From Eledone cirrhosa (lineage: Eukaryota): 64,000 bases of DNA. The stretch's first letter is position 1. Every line of letters starts with the position of its first letter. The notes below the pieces were generated by a model that saw nothing but the letters and a program-made list of their open reading frames with translations, did not search any database and was not told the origin of the DNA. The position numbers were made by a program, and so were the translations under genes. Where the stretch lies: positions 262,136,001-262,200,000 of the forward strand of contig OZ024742.1 of NCBI GenBank assembly GCA_964016885.1, in the 5' to 3' direction. This document shows, in pieces, positions 55,303-64,000 of this stretch.

Positions 55303-55879
55303 TTAAGAGGAATCTGAGGTGGTGTGCAGGAGAGAAGACTGGATTGGTATGGACATGTGATGCACATGGATAATGATTGCTGGGTGAAGACGAGCCAGGA
55401 AATCTCTGTGGAAGGCAGCTGTAGTAGAGGTAAACCAAGAAAGACCTGAGCAAAGATTGTGAGAGCTGACCTCAATTTGATGAGACTCATGAAAGAGATG
55501 AAAAAGGAACACTGCAAATGGAGGGATGCTGCTGAGAAGGACCTGTCCAACTCGTAAAAGCAGGGAAAAGTGGACGTAAAAATGATGATATGGAAAATTC
55601 CAGATTTTTTTGCCAAATATTGTGGCTTGACTTTTACATGAGATCAACTATTACTCAAGTATATACGGTAGTTATAATGGAACATGACTAGATAAACATA
55701 TACACTTTGAAATAAGTAGTTTTATAGTTTAGAGCCAGGGGTGGTTCCAGATTGTTTTGTAACAAATGGGTTAATTTTTAACTTTCTCATGTATATTAGT
55801 GAAATCTGTGAAAATGATTCAAATTCACCAGAATTCCTCTGTGACATGGTTTTGATTTTGTAATTGTAACTGATATAAC

Positions 55880-56221
55880 TTATTTAGAAGCCGCTTTTGG
55901 TCATGACTGACTATGGGGTCACATCTAGAAAGTTACTCTCCCAGGTACAAGTCTGAGAAAGGTGTTTCTGTTGAAGATCAGCAGTTGCCCATGCATGCCA
56001 GCCTCCCCTCTCTATGACACCAATGTTGCCCAAGAGAAAGGCAAAGGCTGATACAGCTTGGCACCCGTGCCATTGCAACTATTTTTTTCCAGCTGATTGG
56101 ACTGAAGCAATGTGAAATAAAGTGTCTGGCTTAAGGACACAACTCATCACCCAGTCTGGGAACCGGACTCACCACTTACAATTGTAAGCGCAACATCCTA
56201 ACCACCAGGTCATGCACCTTT
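55880..56221 (-). mobile_element. Decayed tRNA-derived SINE (different 3' part)
   Basis: Reverse complement of AAGGTGCATGACCTGGTGGTTAGG..TGTGTCCTTAAGCCAGACACTTTATTTCACATTGC. Confidence 0.7.
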
Positions 56222-56439
56222 ACTTCCTATTGCTATGAAAAAACACCTGAGTATCATATCTTTTGATTCTCCGCTCTCCTTCTCATAAAATTTATCACAA
56301 AAACAAGTGTGTATATGAACAAGATTTGGTTGACTTACGATGCATAAGGAGATTTTTAATTTGAAAATATAGTTACCACAATGCAGATAACTATAATAAT
56401 ACTTGATAACTATAAATGATAGTTGAATAAATTAGGTAA

Positions 56440-57520
56440 AGTACTCCTGGAGATGGAAAAATATGCCCAAAGACTGTATTTATGACAAATTACCACTGTG
56501 CTAGAACTATCATTCAAGCAAAATAATATTGTCATTCTTAATAGACTGAAACCTCAGGCAGAAACCATCATAGCTGAGGAACAAGCAGGTTTCCATAAAA
56601 GTAGAAGCATTACTGAGGAAATCTTTGCACCATTTGTGAGAAATTTTTTAAACATCAGAAAGACATTGTTTTCATAGACTTCAAGAAGGCATTTGATGCT
56701 CTATGAGCCATGAGGAAATTTAACATGAGGCAAAAATTGATTCCCACCATACAACAATTTTATGTCAAGACAACCAGCATTGTGTCTTATACATGGGAAC
56801 ATTGGAGAATGATTCCATAACACAGTAAGCATCCATCAATGCTGCCTCTTTTTTCTTACGCTGTTCAACATCTTCTTGGAGCAAATCATGAGTAATACCT
56901 TGTAAATCATACAGGCACAGTCAACAGGAAAAGAGGATGAATTGGTCAACTTAGTTAATCAGCTTGATAAAGCCTTCACCAAGATTGGAATGGAAATCAG
57001 TGCCAAATGCCAATAGCATCATCACTACAAACATCTTTGTACAAGGACAGAATCTATAAATGGTGCAGCTTTATCATTAATGATAAAGAATCAAAACCAG
57101 AAATATTTACATGAACCATACAGTCAACGACTGCACAAACCAGACTAAAAGCTCTATAGAAAAACAAGAACTTCTCCATGAAGAACAAAATCAGACTCCA
57201 GCATGCACGGTGCTTGCCATCTTCCTGTATGCATTTGAAACATGAACCCTCTCCGAGGAAACAGAGAAAGATACAGGCACTGGAAATAAGCTGTTACCAT
57301 GACATCTCAGGCATCTCATACAACCAAGACTGTATCACAAATTAGCAGCTCTACAAAACAATCAAAGGTCACATGAAGAATATGTAACATGATCTAATGA
57401 CCATGCAAAGAACATCTTACAAGAAACTGTGGAAGAGAAAAAAGAGAGAGATGGTCAAAGAAAGAGATGGACAGACAACATCAAATAGTGGACAGGCATA
57501 TAATTAGTGGAGACATGAGA
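56440..57520 (+). mobile_element. Heavily decayed RTE/BovB-like RT fragment
   Basis: EEQAGF..RS, VFIDFKKAFD, LFNIFLE, ILQETVE..R..QRKRWTDNI remnants. Confidence 0.65.
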
Positions 57521-57717
57521 TCTGGCATTTGACTGCTACACCCTCATGATTCCATCACAAGTTGAGGGTCTATGATACAATATGATGTGTGAGGGTGTAA
57601 GTGGAGTGTGTCTATGATACAATATGATATATGTGTGTATGTATTGTATCATAGACACACATATATACATCATATTGTATCATAGACCTTCAACAAAATG
57701 TATGTATATATATATAT

Positions 57718-58108
57718 GAAGGCGCATGGCTTAGTGTTTAGAGCATTGGGCTTGCAATCAAAAGGTTGTGAGTTCAATTCTCGGACGGGGTGATGTGTTG
57801 TTTCCTTGAGCAAGACACTTTATTTCACATTGCTCCAGTTTACTCAGCTGTAGAAATGAGCTGATAGAACTGGAGTCCATATCATTCCACTGCAAACTGG
57901 TCGTGGAGGTACCACGGGAAAAAAGCACCCAGCACTCACTGTAAATGAGGTTGGTGTTAGGAAGAGCATCCAGCTGTAGAAATCAAGCCAGAATCAGTTC
58001 CCATGTGAGCAAGACAAGGTCAACCGACCGGACACTGCCCACAACAGGACAACCCGTCTAACCCATGCTAGCGTGGAAGAACGGACATAAAACGGTGATG
58101 ATGATGAT
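57718..58108 (+). mobile_element. tRNA-derived SINE with RTE family A-type tail
   Basis: Same head as the 16344/40624 copies; the 3' ~190 nt match the reverse complement of 23159-23355. Confidence 0.9.
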
Positions 58109-58335
58109 ATGTATGTATGTGTATGTATATATCTGTGTGCATGAATGTATGTACACACATATATGTGTGTGTATGTACATTATATATGATATATTTAGGG
58201 CAGTGTATTAGCAGAATTGTTAGAGCTTTGTGGTTTTTGTTCTGACTTTTTTTAGTTCAAATTCTTCTGAGGTGAACTTGGCCTTCCATCTTTCTGGGGT
58301 TGATAAAATGATGTACCAATGGAGTATTGGGACAC

Positions 58336-58384
<49 letters not shown>

Positions 58385-59190
58385 GTTACTGAGATTTCTC
58401 TCTGTTGCTATTCTGAGTTTTGCAGATTGCTGCTAATCTTGGAAATGGAAATGATTTTTACATGAACAGTTATTATTGGACTCTGCTGTTGGTCTCAAAA
58501 GACCATGGATTTGCACCTTGGGCTGGTGGCTTTCTTGAGGCCCTCATACATTCCTCGAATGTTACCTGTGTCAAATGACATCTGGATGCCTTCTCATAGA
58601 TGTAACCACTAGTCATTTGCACAGTTTCTCACAATCTTTTGTGTGTTGTTCCTAGTTGATCTTAGTGCTCGCAGCGTTGCTCTGGTGGGGTGGTGTTTGC
58701 ACTTCAACAGGGCAGCATGCTTCTCCTCCATGGTCACATTGAGCTCATTTGCACTTGCCTCAAACCAATCCTGTGTCATTGTTCACTTCTTCCCAAAGGT
58801 CTTCAATACAGTGCCATGGATAGCATCCCTAAGAGAGTCTCATTTTTGCTGAACATCACCTTCCGGTGGGTCTGTAAAGAGGGTGTCCTCCATTAACTAG
58901 AAAAAGGCAACTACTTTGGCTAACTGCTAGGTCACAGTAGCATTGATATGCTGCTTGCATGGAGGCTTAGCATAGTGCACCATTTTTGGTTGGAGTTTGA
59001 GATTGTAGTAAACCAGGGAGTTATCTGTATCACAGTCAGTGCTCTGAAAAGGACCGAATAAGAAGCACATTTCTCAGGTGGGTGTGTCTTGTGAGGATCA
59101 GCTCTAGCTTGTACCAGTGCCCTGGGTGAGGATGATGCCAGGAAGCTTTGTGCACGCTTTGGTCTGGAAATAGGTGTTGATGACATATTG

Positions 59191-59353
59191 CATGGAGCAT
59201 ACAGAGCTCAAGCAGTCATTGCTCATTGCCATTCATTGTCATTCTTGTGATTTCAATGCCAGAGTGGGAGCCGACTACAACTCCTGGATGGTACAGGGTC
59301 GGTAACAGGAATGACAGTTGGCAATGACTGCTTGAGCGCTATATGCTTCATGG
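59191..59353. mobile_element. Palindromic MITE-like element
   Basis: CATGGAGCATAcAGaGCTCAAGCAGTCATTGC..TGTCATTCtTGT / ACAGGAATGACA..GCAATGACTGCTTGAGCgCTATATGCTtCATG. Confidence 0.6.
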
Positions 59354-60949
59354 ACATGGACAGTATATATGGCAAATATAATGTGTGTAACTATTATAAT
59401 AAAAATTAAATGAGGCTGACAGTTTTTTCTAAAAAATTAATTTTCAGCAAATGGATGTTAAGATATAAAAAAGATTTGTTAGTATATTCATACTGACACC
59501 TACTTACTCACACACACTAAAAACTACACATCCACATGCCTAAACATACATTGGTATATGCATATATAACCCACATGTATATGCATACATATAGTTACAT
59601 ACAAACACATCTTTACATGCTTAACTATGAATACATTGCCACACACACTTTCTCACATGTATAAAGAATATGTATCAATGAAATATACATATACACACCA
59701 CCACAATTCTTATCGTATTTTATTCTGTTGTATTTTTAGGTAAAATGGCGAATGTGTAGGATGTATCATGTACACTCACAGACACACATTCATACTCCAC
59801 TTACACCCTCACACATCAATATTATGATGAAATCAAAATATAATACCAATATAAGACAAACTCAATAGGAAATTTTGAAAATAGAGATGAAGTTAAAGGT
59901 GAAAATATTCTATTAAAAATACATTGGTTACACAAATTCATTAGTAATAGTTACATATTTATACATGTCTGTACAACTTAGTTTAAGATATATCTTAGAA
60001 TTTATAAAATTATAAATATATAATGAAGGTTATTAAAATATATATTCTGAATGTGTTATACTCACACAGGCATATATCCATACATACGTGTATGTACAGA
60101 CATATATACACATGTAAGCATATATACACATACATGCCTATACAAAAATAAAATGATGTATAAGTAAAAATATAGTGTGAATATGTATTATTTGCACACA
60201 CACATGCACACTCTCACACACATACTTATACACACTCTCATGCACACATTCACACACATGCTTATGCCCACACAAAGATAGTGAGTTTAGGAGGGAGGGG
60301 AGAGAGAGGTAGGTTTATAGATACAAGTGTGAATAAGGCCACATGTCACTGCCAGTTAGATTTGTGAATATTTTCAGATAATATTACTATTATTAAAGTT
60401 AATATTTGACTGTGCACACACAACACCCATGATACACCTGGACTCTTCACCTCAGCCCCCGCTTCTGATTGCCAGAATACCTGCCCCCCACATCCCCCGC
60501 GTTCTTAAAAACTTTTTGTTCCAAACTCTGATGTTCCAATCTTTTCTCTCTGTCTTCAAACTCTCCATTTCCTGAAGAAGGACTTATGTCTGAAAAGTCA
60601 AAACGCTTTTCTACTTCTCCCTAAGTGTGAAACTAATAAGACTTTGTGTTTTTGCATCTCTGTGCTGGTCTTGTCTATTCTTGAAATGTGTGTGTGTCCA
60701 ATAAGTTTTTTAAAAGCCAGTACAATGTGGTAGAGAATACGAAGGGCAAATGATGATAAATGAAACAAAACAAAACAAAGTAATGTTTTACCCAGTGTAT
60801 TTTGGCATGATATTTTAGGGCTATCATCCTCTTTTCAGATGCAAAGTTGAAATAGTCCAAGACTAAACAAATGAACAATTAGTTTTCAGAGTTTTCTTCC
60901 CTAACTCGTCTATGTGTTGGGAAAATGTATGTGCATGTGCTGGATTGCT

Positions 60950-62060
60950 ATAGTAACCATTCCGCCTTGTGCCTTCCTGACCTATTATTTATCTCTTGTT
61001 TTAATCGGCTGATGAAAATGGCTTCCCTAATTCTTAAATTTCCCATATTCCTTTCACTTGCCTCTGTGGTGACCTTAATGTCTTAGTTGCAGCATCGTTC
61101 ATGATATTTTTTTATGGAAAAGGCTCTCATTGTCACATGTTCCTTGATCCATGTCTGTAGTCTTCTTATGTATGAGGAGTTTCATTTTTTGCATGTAATC
61201 TTATAGACCACATACGCTGTCATGCACACTTCTGTGTTCTTGATGGGACAATTAGGAAGTATGCATATATCGCTGTATGTAGGTTGGTGTCTGTGGAGCA
61301 GTCTCCTCAATGATGGTCCCAAGTGTGCCAGTTGTATATTCAGTACCTCCTTATGGATGGCTTGTCTGATGGCAGCTGTCATCTTATTAAAATATGGCAG
61401 CTTTAGGTAACATATGTTATCCTTAGGGGTACATGTCCTTGTTCTTTTATGTGTTGCTGTCTTGGCATTTCAGTGTTTGGTGAGAGAAGTAGGGTAGCCA
61501 TTTTTGGTGGGAACTCTTTGAAATTCCACCGTGCTGGTATGTCTGTTGCTACCCTCGCTGCATCTATTGTCTATCCAGATCTCATTGTGTATATAGGCCA
61601 TTGTGGCTCTGTAAGGGAGGGTGGAGTTATGATGTACAAAAATGTCTCTGCAAGCATCCTTCTTATAAAATTTGATGTATATCGATCTCTCCTCTGTAAC
61701 TCTTAGTGTAAAGTCGATTCGAGAGAGGGATCTAGTGGTGTCTGGATGTTAACCTCAAATTTTATGTGTGCATCAATGTTTTTGAAGATGTAGATTTTAA
61801 CGGCTTCTTCACGTGATAAAGTGAGCATAAAGATGTCACCCATGTACCTGGAGAAGTAGGAGCAAGAGTGGCAGGTAGTGGCTGCTGTGGGCTGCAACTA
61901 GTTCCATGTACTGATAGCCAGCAGGCCTAGTGAGACTTGATCCCATTCGGAAGTCCTGAGATTTGTTTGTAGCCCTCAAACGTAGCCCTCAAACGTAGCC
62001 CTCAAACTGGAAAAAGGTGTTGCACCTAACGATAGAGAGCAGTTTGCAGATGTCAGCAGT
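60950..62060 (-). mobile_element. Decayed PLE (RT + GIY-YIG)
   Basis: FSRYMGDIF..IKFEV, KLPYF..AIRQAIHKE, C.LPNCPI..C...VVYKITCKK. Confidence 0.75.
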
Positions 62061-62314
62061 AGAATTCTTTCCCTTGTATATATATATATTGTATATAAGA
62101 GAATATTAGTCTAGGACTTCTTTTATACCATAAACGTGGTTTTGTCTTTGCGTGTAATTGTTTTTCACCGCTCCTATTAATGACGTATTATATTCGTTTT
62201 TTCCCGTTCTTTGCCAGGGAACGTTTCCACGAACCAAAGTATCGTCTTCCTGTCTTCCTCCGGTTGCAACGTTTTTTGAAATATTCACTTCTGCGTTCAC
62301 AAATTGACTTTGTT

Positions 62315-62365
62315 AGTTTCAGAAGATCCCGTTAAGGGTGAAAGCAGCGATTCTTTGCTTAAACT
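62315..62365 (+). ncRNA. Type I hammerhead with CAGAAGA core variant
   Basis: AGTTT-CAGAAGA-tCCC gttaa GGGt-GAAA-GCA..TGC-TT^AAACT. Confidence 0.65.
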
Positions 62366-62472
62366 TTAATCTGTTATTTTAATAAATATTTGCTCTACGG
62401 TTCTTATATATTTGATATATATTTATCCTTATCGAGCCCTCTTTGGATTTTAGTCTTCAAATTTATTATTAT

Positions 62473-62532
<60 letters not shown>

Positions 62533-63076
62533 TCAGTTCAAGAGTAACTAATCTTAAAGAGAGAGATGGAAATAGGAGAGGAGAAGAGAGATTGGTGAAT
62601 TAGTTAGAAGCCAAAGCGTAAAGGCATGTGCTCAATGTGCAATATGCAGTGGAAGGCAGCTAGGTGGCTGGGTTCATGCAGAGGTTAGGTGCACAGAGCT
62701 AGCTGGAAATATTCATTAGTTAAGCAAAACAAGACTACAAATTTCACAAGGAAGACATTATTAAAAGATTGTCAACATATTTTAGTTTGATGTAAGTAAT
62801 GTAGAGAATAATAATAATAATATTATTAATAATAATAATAATAATGTTCGTTTACAATTGTTTCGCTACTCCATATAATATTTCTGGATCAAATGATTAT
62901 AGATCATTATTGATCTGGTTCAGTTGAAAATAATTAACTTAAGTATAATTAGAGCAGCTCATCGGAACTTCAAAAGGAATATAAATTAAAATAAGGAAAG
63001 AATGTTACATGAATGTAATGTTCCATATATTGGTATTTCACTATGGTGTCCAGGACACATATTTATATATATATTT

Positions 63077-64000
63077 ATCATCATCATCAACGTTTAACAT
63101 CTATCTTCCACGCTAGCATGGGTTAGATGGGAGTTGTCCCACTTGAGGCAAGATTGACCAGGTAACCGTGTCTCACTCGTATAGGACTATCTGGCAGATT
63201 TTCTACAGCTGGATGCCCTTCCTAACACCAACCACATTTACAGTGTGGACTGGGAGCTTTTTACCGTGTTACCTACATTGCCACATTACGGTGTGGACTG
63301 TGTGTTTTTTGTCGTGACACCTACACAACCTCTTTAGTTTGGACTGGATGTTCTGTTGTACCAACATAAGTTTACAGAGAAAGGGTGGTGTTGGCAGGAG
63401 TGGGAGGATGGAGTAGGGGTGTATATTTGATTAAGAGGTGCCTACTGACTGTAGGTTAACTTTGCATGTAGGAAGGGTGGGTCTTCTGTATTACTGTGTG
63501 GCGACAAAGATCTTGGTCCAGTGATATTGTCTTAGAGAGGTGCAAGTGTGCAAGGTCGGAATTTACCATGCCATCCTAGGTTTTTCTGGGTCTCTCTACT
63601 CCGTAACTTCCATCAATTTAGATTGCCCTGCACTTTTTTATACAGCTGTCGTCTTTCATGCGCATCACGTGACCATACCAACATAGTCTTCTCTCAAGTA
63701 AACAGCATCTGATCCCTCTTATTCCTAATTTCTCACTTAGTTCAATTATGTTTAGCCGTTCGTGTATATTACTATTACACATCCAACAGAGCATGCATAC
63801 TTCGTTCCTTTCCAGTCTGCGCAGGTCCTCTGCACACAATGCCCATGTCTCACTGCCATGTAACATTGCTGTTTGTATACAAGCATCATACAATGTGCCT
63901 TTCATTTTTAGAGAGAAACTTTTTGTGGCTAACAGCAGTATAAGTTCTCTGAACTTTTTCCATCCCGTTCTAACTCTGGCTACTGTACTTTCAGAACACC
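63077..64000 (-). mobile_element. Older RTE family B-like 3' end (continues past the window)
   Basis: LYDACIQTAMLHGSETW..WYGHVMRM; 3' UTR homologous to 30416-30830; (CAT)n tail. Confidence 0.9.

Larger units (their letters stand above)
52801..55590 (+). mobile_element. Old RTE LINE (family C/D-like), 5'-truncated, many stops
   Basis: NYRGIKLMDQVMKV, YADD, AMLHGSETW remnants; GAAAATT duplicated at 52794-52800 and 55593-55599. Confidence 0.85.
51655..55670. mobile_element. Non-autonomous Tc1/mariner (pogo/Tc2-like) element
   Basis: TIRs TACCATATATACTCATGTAA / TTACTCAAGTATATACGGTA; subterminal GGGTCGACT motifs. Confidence 0.65.
51203..55770. mobile_element. TTAA-flanked (piggyBac-like) MITE split by nested insertions
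   Basis: TTAA CCCTTTCATTAC ... GTAACAAATGGG TTAA; internal sequence resumes after 55670. Confidence 0.6.

Noticed and set aside
58440-59190. Possible further SGSM3 exon or other coding sequence
   Set aside because: No SGSM3-like peptide found; the minus strand resembles a decayed LINE linker region.
60572-60600. CTGAAGA-GAC ttat GTC-GAAA motif
   Set aside because: Stem II is present but there is no convincing stem I; probably an eroded pLTR hammerhead.

Overview
Eukaryotic, AT-rich animal DNA that is almost entirely repeat-derived. The repeat content (RTE LINEs with (GAT)n tails, Nin-type and Ceph-domain sequences, huge (TA)n arrays) suggests a coleoid cephalopod, probably an octopod; this is inference. 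The only host-gene signal is two exons of an SGSM3 homologue (+; 39515-39696 and 51119-51185, the second with a GC donor), so the window is mostly or wholly intronic/upstream. Bases 1-32.3 kb are a retroelement island: young RTE LINEs (one intact 1039-aa ORF, one full-length copy with a single stop), SINEs and Penelope-like element (PLE) fragments stacked in (TA)n arrays. It starts with a three-level tandem array sitting directly 5' of an RTE ORF. Bases 32-64 kb hold older PLEs, a Tx1/L1 fragment, a Chapaev3-type DNA transposon, MITEs and a deep TE nest. The most notable signal is invisible in the ORF track: about 15 type I hammerhead-ribozyme (HHR)-like motifs of many unrelated sequences. Several lie in non-coding retrozyme-like elements, and three independent rearrangement/truncation junctions fall at or within 3 nt of predicted self-cleavage sites. 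Coordinates and RNA folds were read by eye (boundaries +/- a few nt); no database search or folding program was run.
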